Shown: piece after piece, positions 33,801 through 41,170 of the stretch
Layout of the letters: every line of letters starts with the position of its first letter
Position numbering within the stretch: position 1 is the stretch's first letter
Source of the DNA: a virus
Virus record (IMG/VR): IMGVR_UViG_3300033512_000032
Coordinates: 1-58,368 of that record
Length of the DNA stretch: 58,368 nt
Strand: one strand, 5' to 3'
The notes under the pieces: generated by a model
What the model saw: the letters and a program-made list of their open reading frames with translations, nothing else
Databases searched by the model: none
What the model was told of the DNA's origin: nothing
Program-made: the position numbers and the translations under genes

Positions 33801-36800
33801 GAAGAAGTGTAGAATAGAATGTAGGAGCATTGGTTACTTTGTCAAGACGAGGAATCTTTTCATTACTGAAGTAATCTTCAATGTTTGTACTTGCACCTAT
33901 TTCGCCTTTAAGAAACTTCTGCGAGTCAGACAGGAGTGCTTTAAGGTCACCTGTGGTAAGATTAACACCAAAACCGATACTACGCAAAATGTTATTAATC
34001 GACATTCTAACTTTTTCCCAGAATGTAGTAGTTCCCTGATTCTCTTCAGCCATGAAAGCTAGATATTCGGCGCCTGCATCTATGCGATCTTTTTCTTTGC
34101 CTACATCAAATTTATAGTCGAAGATAATCTTTTCCATTTTCTTTGTATCTTTAAATGAATCATATATACTCAAAGCAGTACTATCAAACTTTGTCCCAAG
34201 AGTCTTATATATTCCGTAATGTCCAATAGACTCGTGTAACATTGTGCGCATAACGCCAAACTTATTATGCAGTTCACTTCTGATTAAGAATACTGTATCA
34301 CCTAACTGAGCGCCGCCAATGTCATACCTATCTGAATCAGCAGCAATTTTCTCTTTCAATTCAGGAGGCAATTGATCCCTGTTATCAAGAACAATAACAA
34401 ACGGGGAATTTGGCCAGAGTTCCGAGATTCGATCAGACACGTCAGTTACTTCTTTAACTGAGAGCCCCGGACCTTTGCCTTCGGTTCTTTTAAAACCCCC
34501 TGACTTCTTAGTACGACCTACTCCAATCTCAATTGTCTTACTCAAGAAGTCTTTTACAACGGCAACATCTTGAGTGAATGATTGTTTTTCATCATAGGTC
34601 CCTGCTTCAGTTCTCTCAGTTGGTGCAAAGAAGTTATCAAGTTTTCCTGCTTTAACGCCCTTTTCCAACTGAGTAATAAACTTACTGATCATACTCAGAT
34701 CAACAGTTCCATCACTAAAGTGGCCAGCATAATTGATCATTGCTGCAAAGGCCCGAGGCATGGTGACAGGGGACATCTTCTTTAGCATCCGCATGCCTGT
34801 GTCTGGTTCAATTTCAGTATAATGATCAAGTTGTTCCTGTGCCATTACTGGAGACATATATGAAATATGCTTCGCTAATGGGTGCTCTTGCTTATTAGTT
34901 TCTTCTCCATTATCTTTTTCACCAAACCATTGAACTTTAGGTGAAGATTTCTTTGCCATTAATCGATTAGCAAGAATCTTTATATCTTGACGAGTTGAAT
35001 CAATTGCAAACTCAATATCTTCTCGTTCCTGTTCAGTAGTTGCTTTTGCTAATTCTGCCTTTAACTTTTTAAGTTCAGACTGAGATTTCTTTATCAGATC
35101 ACGTATAGTCTTCTTAACTACTTTCTTTGGTTTAGTTCCTGCTTTTGCAATAGCGCGCTGATCGGCTCTCGCTTCTCGTTCTTCTTCAGTTAATGATGCT
35201 TTATTTTGTTCTGTCTTATAGGCAGGTTCATGCTCTTCCCATTTATTTGTTTCTGGATTACGGGTCCACCTTAAAGCAAGAGTCTTAAACTTCGCTACAC
35301 CTTCGTCAGTAACGTCTTCTCCTGCCTTAAGGCGTTTTTCAACAACATTAGCCCGTAGTTTTTCAACTTTCTGTTTAGGTGTCACTTGGGTTTCGGTTTG
35401 CACTTGGCCATTAGTTTCACCTCCTTCTTTTACAATAGCTTCTTTAGGTATTACACCCATATAAACTACTGACAATTCTCCTTGTTCACCAGATTTAAAC
35501 ATACGTAACGCGGTGGATTTAGTTTTCAATAAGTCATATGGAGTTTTACTGAAATCTCTACCGTCATTTGTAACTTCAACATCATAGTTCATATCTGGAA
35601 AAAGTTTTTCAATATCTAGTTTAGAAGTATCAACTTTAATTATATTACTTGTAGTATCTTCCATAAGTGTAGCTTCATTTAAATCAGTAAAGAAGAAAGT
35701 TCCACCATTAACACCAAGACTTGGGTTAAAGCCATTTTCTTCAATATCTTTAACTGTTTCTAAATTAGTGGCGTGGTAAAGAAAAGGTTTACTTTTTATA
35801 TTTTTCTGAAACTTATTTTTAGCTGCAATAACTTCAGGATCATTTACTACTTCTCGCTCTTCTTCAGTAAGGGTAGGTCTATTTGCTTCACCTCCTTTAA
35901 CTAATTTAAGTTGTAACTTGTCAATTTGACTTTTGGTTAAGCTTTCTTTAGCCTGTGTGATTAAAGTGTCAAAGTCGCCCTCATGCTCTTCAAGGTGATC
36001 TGCTATGGTATCAAAATATACTGCTACTGGCTGTCTATTAAATTCTTCCATCCAAATATCATATTGCTTTTTAATATTTTCTTCACCAGTAGTGTAAAGT
36101 TTTTCAATTTCTTCTTGGGTGATGCCTTTAGTATCATGTAACCAGTCTTCTAGAACGTCCATTGGATATTCACCAAGGTCACTAGAGTCTAACTGTTTAG
36201 TAATTTCATCAATTATAGTTGTACTTTTAGGAACAAATTTAATTACGTTATCTTTAGCTTTTACTAATTCTTTATTTAATTCAGAATACTCTTTCTTTTT
36301 TAATGGTGGATTGTCTTCATCAAAATCTTCATTACCAGAAAAACTTATAATACTATTAACTGGTACGTTACCAAGATATATGCATTCAGTTAATTTTTGA
36401 CTATTTGCTAAGTCAAATAATTTTAACTCTAATTCAGGGTTACTTTTTATCTCAGCAGGTGAAATATAGCCTTCTTCACCTTTTAAAGTAGATTCTAAAG
36501 TAAAAGGATCTGGCAGCACTTTATTCATATCTAATAATTTTGCAATAAATTTAACAATATGTGCACCATATCCCATAGCATCAAATGGGGTAAAAAATAC
36601 TTCACCCTTGTCGTTTTTAAGTATTCCATTTTTTAATATGTCAGTTACAGGTACATTAGTGGCATGGTAAAAAATTCCTTTATCACTGAGTATGTAGTCA
36701 ATAAACTTTTTCTTTGCTATATTAAGTCTAGTAGCTACTTCTTGCGCTTTAGACTTAGTTTTAGTTTCTTCAGGTTTTGCCTGAGTAGTTTCTGTTGTCT

Positions 36801-39129
36801 TTTTAACTGGAGTTTCAGTAACTGGTTTAGTTTCATTTTGCTCCTTTATCTTTTGTTCTTTACGCTTCTCGCGTTCAATAGTTTTTGCCACTGCACTACG
36901 GCGTGAAACAGTTCGCTGATAAATTTTAGTTTTCTCATGACCTTGTTCTTCAAGGTCAGAGATAATACTATCAAGTACTGATAAACCTTCAGTTGGAGTC
37001 TTTGCTGCAAGGTATTCAGTATTACGGCGATTTACATATTCTTGAGCAGACTCTACTTTAGGTTGTGCAGGAACTAGTTCTTTACGACGAGCTACCCATT
37101 GCTTTTCACCAAGTTGAACTGGTACATATTTTTCTTCAGTGCCTTCATGCTTCATTTCTTTATAATTCTTTTGGATTGCACGCATGGCACTTACTTTATT
37201 TGTAAAAGGTTTCCCTTTATTTGTTAAATCATCAGTGTTAGAGTTCTCGTATGTAGGTGCCACTGGAACTGCTTGCTGTACAGGGGTTTGTGTAGGTCTC
37301 TGCTCCTGTTTGCCTTGTCCAGTGATAATGAGTGGTTGGCGTCTGTTACCTGCGACTACCTGCCCGAGGTTCTGGGACATTTGAGTCATTGCAATGGGTG
37401 CGCCAACCCATTCATTTTGGGCAAGTTCCATAGGTGCATGTGTCTCAGATAAACCTTGCTTCTTTAAGATTGCTTTAACTGAACCTTTATTAGAGAACAA
37501 CTCTCCCTTACTTGTGAAGACTAGTTGATTCTTTAAATTTTCGGGAATATTTTGTATTATACTTTTACCAGGCGTTAATTTAATAGTGTCACTAGTGGAG
37601 TCCTGTGGAGCCTCTTTTTCAATAGGATTACCGCTTTTGTCTAAAATTACACTCGGTTGAATATTAGGTGTCTGTGCACCTGGGTCCTTGGCACCCATAA
37701 TAAATGATGCCATGTCATTTGCTTTTTCTTCACTGAAACCTTTTTCAATAAACTTATCAAATAACTGTTGACGTAGTTCAAGGCCCATGGTCTGTCTAAC
37801 AACTTTATCATCAGCTGGTTTCTGCTCACCTTCAGGAATAACTTCAGGCTGATCAACTTTCGGTTGACCTCGCTCCATGAACTTATTAGTGTCAATATCA
37901 TTTTGCTTCGCGACTTCTTGATCTGCGAGTACGCCTTCTAAAGGTTTCATATCAGTGAACTTTTTATCAAGTTCTATTGGTTCACCTTCAAGAAGTTTAT
38001 ACTGTGCTATCTCACCCCATTTTTGAGCAACATTTGTATTATTAACTTTGTCAGTTTTTTGTAGTTCAGTGTAAATAGTTCTCATTGCATCGAAACGAGT
38101 ATCAAAATCCGTTTCCGGATTTTCTAACGCTTTAATAATGTTTGCTCGTTTCTTTACATCAACACCATGGAACAGACCACCAGTTATTGCTACTGATGTT
38201 ATTGTAGGGATAATTGAATCTACCGCTGCTTGCCAAGGTGTCTGACTCTGTGGCAAACCCATATCTATATTACTTTGGGTTTGTAAATAATTCTGGGTCA
38301 TTTCAGTAGCTACTTCAGCCGGTTGTGCTTTTGCTTGCGCTACTAAATAGTTTTTAGCACCACCTTTCCAACCCTGCTTTAGAATACTTCTAATAGATTC
38401 TTTGACTGGTTGTGTAGCAAGTTTACCCAAACCAAATGTGACACCTTCAATAACGTTAGATGCTGCTTCAAAACCACCTTCAATTAAGGCCTGTTTAAAA
38501 GCTTCATTCTTATATACATCTGCAGGTATAGGATTTTCTGGGTTCTCAGCATTATGTTTAAGCACATCACGGACTACTTGATCATATTGTGCGAGGCCAA
38601 AGATTGTGCCACCGCCACCAGCGAAACCAATAATAGCACCAGCAACTGGCATACCTACAGCAGAACCAACTGCTGCACCAGCGATAGCACCTGGAAGACC
38701 AGACCCAAGGGAAGGCACAATCATTTCTGCGCCTTCACGAACTTGACCACGAAGGTACGATTCGTCTTTTGCTGGTCCATAGACGTAAGGATATTTTTTC
38801 TCTAGTTTTTCTTTATTGACTACTAGCCAATTTGCAAATTGACCGACATAGTCTTCAGTATCACCAAAGTGCTTCTCATCTAGGTTCTCTCCGCCAGCAT
38901 GACCACCATAAGCTAATCTTGCTGCAGCTAACGTTCCTACTAAATTAGTAGCACCTACAACTGGAACTAATAAGGCATCCATAAATGGAGACCGTGCAAT
39001 ACCAGTAGACTGTTGTAGCTGTTGAGGTTGCTCAACTGCAGTTGATAGACCATAAAGGTCAGTTTGGTCGGTGGAAGTTAAATCAGTAGAAACGTTAAGA
39101 TCGGTTAAACCGTAAAGATCATCAGACAT
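27814..39129 (-). CDS. Giant virion-associated polyvalent protein (about 3,771 aa)
   Basis: Uninterrupted 11.3-kb ORF. The track starts at a TTG at 39168, but the ATG at 39129 follows GAAAGGAAAAAT. It is the last gene of the late operon. Contents: a Gly-rich hydrophobic N-terminus, two ART-like modules, a duplicated EPRGRF peptide and multiple C-terminal hydrophobic helices. Confidence 0.85.
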   Translation of the reverse strand: MSDDLYGLTDLNVSTDLTSTDQTDLYGLSTAVEQPQQLQQSTGIARSPFMDALLVPVVGATNLVGTLAAARLAYGGHAGGENLDEKHFGDTEDYVGQFANWLVVNKEKLEKKYPYVYGPAKDESYLRGQVREGAEMIVPSLGSGLPGAIAGAAVGSAVGMPVAGAIIGFAGGGGTIFGLAQYDQVVRDVLKHNAENPENPIPADVYKNEAFKQALIEGGFEAASNVIEGVTFGLGKLATQPVKESIRSILKQGWKGGAKNYLVAQAKAQPAEVATEMTQNYLQTQSNIDMGLPQSQTPWQAAVDSIIPTITSVAITGGLFHGVDVKKRANIIKALENPETDFDTRFDAMRTIYTELQKTDKVNNTNVAQKWGEIAQYKLLEGEPIELDKKFTDMKPLEGVLADQEVAKQNDIDTNKFMERGQPKVDQPEVIPEGEQKPADDKVVRQTMGLELRQQLFDKFIEKGFSEEKANDMASFIMGAKDPGAQTPNIQPSVILDKSGNPIEKEAPQDSTSDTIKLTPGKSIIQNIPENLKNQLVFTSKGELFSNKGSVKAILKKQGLSETHAPMELAQNEWVGAPIAMTQMSQNLGQVVAGNRRQPLIITGQGKQEQRPTQTPVQQAVPVAPTYENSNTDDLTNKGKPFTNKVSAMRAIQKNYKEMKHEGTEEKYVPVQLGEKQWVARRKELVPAQPKVESAQEYVNRRNTEYLAAKTPTEGLSVLDSIISDLEEQGHEKTKIYQRTVSRRSAVAKTIEREKRKEQKIKEQNETKPVTETPVKKTTETTQAKPEETKTKSKAQEVATRLNIAKKKFIDYILSDKGIFYHATNVPVTDILKNGILKNDKGEVFFTPFDAMGYGAHIVKFIAKLLDMNKVLPDPFTLESTLKGEEGYISPAEIKSNPELELKLFDLANSQKLTECIYLGNVPVNSIISFSGNEDFDEDNPPLKKKEYSELNKELVKAKDNVIKFVPKSTTIIDEITKQLDSSDLGEYPMDVLEDWLHDTKGITQEEIEKLYTTGEENIKKQYDIWMEEFNRQPVAVYFDTIADHLEEHEGDFDTLITQAKESLTKSQIDKLQLKLVKGGEANRPTLTEEEREVVNDPEVIAAKNKFQKNIKSKPFLYHATNLETVKDIEENGFNPSLGVNGGTFFFTDLNEATLMEDTTSNIIKVDTSKLDIEKLFPDMNYDVEVTNDGRDFSKTPYDLLKTKSTALRMFKSGEQGELSVVYMGVIPKEAIVKEGGETNGQVQTETQVTPKQKVEKLRANVVEKRLKAGEDVTDEGVAKFKTLALRWTRNPETNKWEEHEPAYKTEQNKASLTEEEREARADQRAIAKAGTKPKKVVKKTIRDLIKKSQSELKKLKAELAKATTEQEREDIEFAIDSTRQDIKILANRLMAKKSSPKVQWFGEKDNGEETNKQEHPLAKHISYMSPVMAQEQLDHYTEIEPDTGMRMLKKMSPVTMPRAFAAMINYAGHFSDGTVDLSMISKFITQLEKGVKAGKLDNFFAPTERTEAGTYDEKQSFTQDVAVVKDFLSKTIEIGVGRTKKSGGFKRTEGKGPGLSVKEVTDVSDRISELWPNSPFVIVLDNRDQLPPELKEKIAADSDRYDIGGAQLGDTVFLIRSELHNKFGVMRTMLHESIGHYGIYKTLGTKFDSTALSIYDSFKDTKKMEKIIFDYKFDVGKEKDRIDAGAEYLAFMAEENQGTTTFWEKVRMSINNILRSIGFGVNLTTGDLKALLSDSQKFLKGEIGASTNIEDYFSNEKIPRLDKVTNAPTFYSTLLQTVTTRTDMPTKPQSLVNWLNKFVKPAELKWMGVEQYLKGKEKINKQDFINFLSANQIKVEEVMHSDKAPGTTIPMPQLSASEILLGNYILTPEQTTYLQEFSNEWEADGDNATDDMITELHNWISEQTVTVGSNTNINYFTETALDNLGDIQIELTGRLFTIAIENAGQNGLQAALNNDTFEDEFLQSIYDSCFDNVNKFSVPSFIDVLDPFGIKLTEGELDKVYAIIDDYESDREILYDDPDSYIDGTGRSGNLRHDQWVLSGGKDQRELLLIWSPTEAPKSKVTYRVEYSAEDGNWYVYDNTDRVISSWNNPSKAEHAVTVLTNDSSKRAKTLYQSSHWHEANVLGHIRFNERIDDQGRRVLFIEEIQSDWLQDAKKYGFNTKQVYHVMNGEARVGHYNTREAAQTALNSWQKLLGQQDFSIVEGGELSQQIPTAPFLENWHVVLMKRMIRYAVDNNFDSVAWTTGKQQQERYPGIIAERVDEVIIRKLPGAYGVTAKKDGTQVLQKAADTYEKLVDYVGKELAVRAIKKLPSLLFPSSMLSNEPIYDNSNTAQHTAHYTNLDIEIGGEGMESFYDEKLKNWTEKYIKQWGARLETISMHLDKPLPKAILGEGTAAWNLEEGTHIVSNYDNLTINVLNPNGSIEYSKQFNSEEDLDDWIEDNSEQILRDFNAKQPIERKELSKQPGFTVTPEMAKSVVEKGQPWFSKTEKTLTATQTNYAQKIIDAIKESFPTEQYGFPYDSGLILPDGTAVVLGGPHSRIIEVLQSKYPDIYKQLVSGFDSFTGDLLGKLFTEVGLIRTNLDDGNAYVEIPNHHKLTQEQLDSISFAFDEADSGEIIYDVTDYTTTKVVKSGVVTSIGQLKKVTNPKIVYNSPLNKFREPRGRFSIVDYALSPINNYIKLNDEDIRKLNYVPEDEDEDGEIDFSDSKLNNLIFLLRPDGTGVIEQKSNASIMALPFSTFKPSAIKEELGMFLSDKTINSIFTAIDNFKSVNKNKSFLLDIDTSKNIAKYQVEDAKYKTENELETEGAVPWNELRNGPRPELSVNENGISLNIDSDYKPSLKLVPKKEEPRGRFRIVDYQDITPDTPKQELKNLFDDQAYAMLKTMVMQLPKNQPAMHWAERYLMSPEWYKHPTMQKIVRAAIDRHDRYFELFNLLNEMEVNPETMKQRTWENSSDIIEANMKLMHRGLTTTQIVKGETSKEYKQLEKMKDQIDTGEWKKGYGDNIPTWEQHFQNEGVGQDVINLYKAHRRSYDVALDILMEPMKKLVASIEKQAEKDNTKPKYPEFVTLNEDGKPETINLKAVLARMGSLKGTYAPRLRETGEYVVKGKRFDKVVRYHKSNRFAAELLKRELERKGYKVEEIFERERLPEDVYASLRIINTQQAIKTAMQRVEGIDPELEIKFNEELLKEVADLIRVRGFRASMVTRKPGDAIRGYITDPNERFVRYINNIAAGVAKGEAAKDMFETLAGHYEGTGKDKKLIGGIDPAKEPRAYDTATKYIEEQLRNSDAADRLVGLIKSLASFKYLGFNLRSPVVNILSLATTVPTAIHQYGLDGKGSLTKIMGALSIASNDYRKVMLGQKLDDKGEQAFIDEIKQRGYDSPQYTRDALGTIQRAHGKVWAKTMATAMYLFGKSEQWIRGTTMLAAYRLIKENNPDMDSREVTRKAHDVSDKAHGIYGKSTQLAVGQGTGPAARLSQVLYTFGKFPHNYLQMLYDTGVRKGNIKAFLYGLISPVILGGATVIPMKNLLFGIVGVMFKAMGSDDDPEKGFWDWIRKKLGKTPERIGRHGLLGAANLDVSGSMSIGVGTPRNFYELFGIGGGLYKDVEDAMHFLQIGQPGRAAEKVLPTGFANVFRAIRELNGVTTTKGQRVWDDSGKPYIPSTMETAARLVGFRSAEQATMGERTWETKREIASYKVKHDKILERWRDYVIDKGSSKDMKSIMDDISNYNNAIMKSKKAGQIPFITNQTLKTQAKALYKPSKSMYMGMFNE

Positions 39130-39183
39130 ATTTTTCCTTTCAAGAGGTTCCTCATTGCGAGACCCCAATAAATAAAGTTGCCA

Positions 39184-40728
39184 CTAATTCGGTGAATCGT
39201 AACCCCAAGCATTTAAACCAACACTATTATCTTTAACAACTTGCTTAATATTTTTTGGTATACTTCTTTTGTTAGCTTCCACTTGTTTAGTAAGTAACGT
39301 CTTAGTCTGTAACAAAAGATTGCGGCCCTCTTCCCATGCTTTCGGATCTTCATTCTTTAGTGACTGTGCTGCCTGCTGCCGCATACTATTGATATTTGAA
39401 ATGAACCCCGGATCTTTTATATTTTTCAAGATCCCCTGTACTTCATTATCAAGCATACCAAATTCTTTACGTGTTTGGACAGGGGCTTTAAAGGTGTCAG
39501 GGAATGTCTTACCTAAGCGTTTAGCAGTTCCGTCATACTGATAAGCCTGCTGCTTTTGCCTTATTATTTCTTGCACTTTTGCATTTTTAACTTTTTCATA
39601 GTCATCTTGTGAAAGAGTTATATTTTCATTAGTATTGGGGTCAATTGTGTGACGTAAACCATCGGGTCCAACTGGCCATGCTTTATCATACGCTGCACCG
39701 ATTACTGTTGGGTCAAGTTTAGTGCTAACATCAGTGTGCTCAGAACTTAAGGTAGCCTGTTTGTTTGTACTATTTGCAACGTCACGTTGTGCGGCGACTT
39801 GCATACTAATACCTTGCAAATACCTTGCGTCAGTCGCTGCTTGTGACTCAGAAGTCTGAACGGCTTTACCAACATCAACATACTCTTTACTCGGTAAGAA
39901 CTCACCTTCTTTAATTCCAGTGACTTGTGACTGGCGACCCGTGACCTGGCGAGCTTTAGTAAGATAATCGTAAGTAGCACCTTGCTCTTTTAAAGCATTA
40001 TCGATTGCTGTAGTGTCACCATCTAACGATTTAAGAATGCCTTGTGCCCATTGTAAATATTTTTTATTTTCAAGATACAGGGGCCTAGGGTCTTTCTGAT
40101 AGCGGGCGTAATCATTAACATCTTTTTGATAAGTGTCAAAAAGAGTTTTTTTATTCGGGTCACTCTGAGAGTCAATTTTAAGTTGATCTAACTCCGCTTG
40201 AGAAGCAAATGCACCAGCACTCTGTAAACCAAGGGCTTGCTTTGATTGTAGCACTTTATCAGTTAATTGCGCCATTGGATCTTTTGTTGATGTAAGTGCT
40301 ACAGTAATAGGTTGCGCTACATAACCTACTTCACGCATTGACATAGGCTTCTTATCTTTATTAAAGACTAACTGTTGATTAGGGTCTGGATTATTTTCAT
40401 CAGTAACACCTATATTAGCCATCTTCATAATGCCGTGTATTTTTTCTAATGCAGAAGCATCAATAGGTTTACCACCAGTCACCATATTTCCTATTAATGA
40501 TAGCGTTGCAGGTCGGTTCAAGAAGTCTTCTTTCGCTTTAATCTTATTAAGCTTTAGTTTATCTTCTTGTAGTTTGACATCTTTAAGTTCGAGGTCCTTA
40601 GAGCGAGTTTGTTCCTCACCCATAAACTTTGCAAGGCCCAATGTAGCATTATAGTTATCCTGACCTACACCACGAATAGTGCTAGTTAAGCCATTCCAAC
40701 TTGCTGATAAATCCTCGTTTGCTGCCAT
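39184..40728 (-). CDS. Putative internal virion (ejection) protein (514 aa)
   Basis: Long helical, Q/K/D-rich ORF between the GNAT-like gene and the giant gene. GAGGT RBS. Function is inferred from position only. Confidence 0.5.
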   Translation of the reverse strand: MAANEDLSASWNGLTSTIRGVGQDNYNATLGLAKFMGEEQTRSKDLELKDVKLQEDKLKLNKIKAKEDFLNRPATLSLIGNMVTGGKPIDASALEKIHGIMKMANIGVTDENNPDPNQQLVFNKDKKPMSMREVGYVAQPITVALTSTKDPMAQLTDKVLQSKQALGLQSAGAFASQAELDQLKIDSQSDPNKKTLFDTYQKDVNDYARYQKDPRPLYLENKKYLQWAQGILKSLDGDTTAIDNALKEQGATYDYLTKARQVTGRQSQVTGIKEGEFLPSKEYVDVGKAVQTSESQAATDARYLQGISMQVAAQRDVANSTNKQATLSSEHTDVSTKLDPTVIGAAYDKAWPVGPDGLRHTIDPNTNENITLSQDDYEKVKNAKVQEIIRQKQQAYQYDGTAKRLGKTFPDTFKAPVQTRKEFGMLDNEVQGILKNIKDPGFISNINSMRQQAAQSLKNEDPKAWEEGRNLLLQTKTLLTKQVEANKRSIPKNIKQVVKDNSVGLNAWGYDSPN

Positions 40729-40744
40729 AGTTAATATACCTCAT

Positions 40745-41170
40745 TTAATCCTTAATAAAGCCAGTGTCAGAATCTTGCAATGCCAGTATATATGTTGTTG
40801 CATTAGTCTCGGCTACTTGCATCCCGTATTTCGTCAGTTTATCACCCCATGATTTTGTTTTCGTCATTGAGTAAATAAATGCACAGCCGTTAGACTTAGC
40901 TACATCTACCAGAGCATCAAATAATGTTTGTAAAGCCTTGTCACTTTCTTCCTGTGGCCGCGATCTATCTTTTAATGCCCAGTCGATAAAACCCATTCTT
41001 CTAGGTTCAGAATACATTGCCAAAAATGCAATAAAATCACCACTGGTGGTTTCAGCTACTAGCGCTGTATGAGGAATGGCATTTAATGGGCAAGGCAACC
41101 AGCCATAACTATGCCATAACTGAGACATTATCTTATAATGTTTGGCCGGGTTAAATGCGACAATATTCAT
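40745..41170 (-). CDS. GNAT-like acetyltransferase (putative)
   Basis: 141 aa with alternating beta/alpha segments. LVAETTSGDFIAFLAMY...GFIDWAL...LFDALVDVAKSNGCAFIY...KYGM fits the GNAT core pattern. No profile search was done. Confidence 0.4.
   Translation of the reverse strand: MNIVAFNPAKHYKIMSQLWHSYGWLPCPLNAIPHTALVAETTSGDFIAFLAMYSEPRRMGFIDWALKDRSRPQEESDKALQTLFDALVDVAKSNGCAFIYSMTKTKSWGDKLTKYGMQVAETNATTYILALQDSDTGFIKD

Noticed and set aside
34201-34250. Apparent zincin motif LHESIGHYG in the giant protein
   Set aside because: The spacing is H-E-x-x-x-H, not the canonical H-E-x-x-H. The two His would not lie on the same helix face, so I do not call a metallopeptidase domain without structural support.
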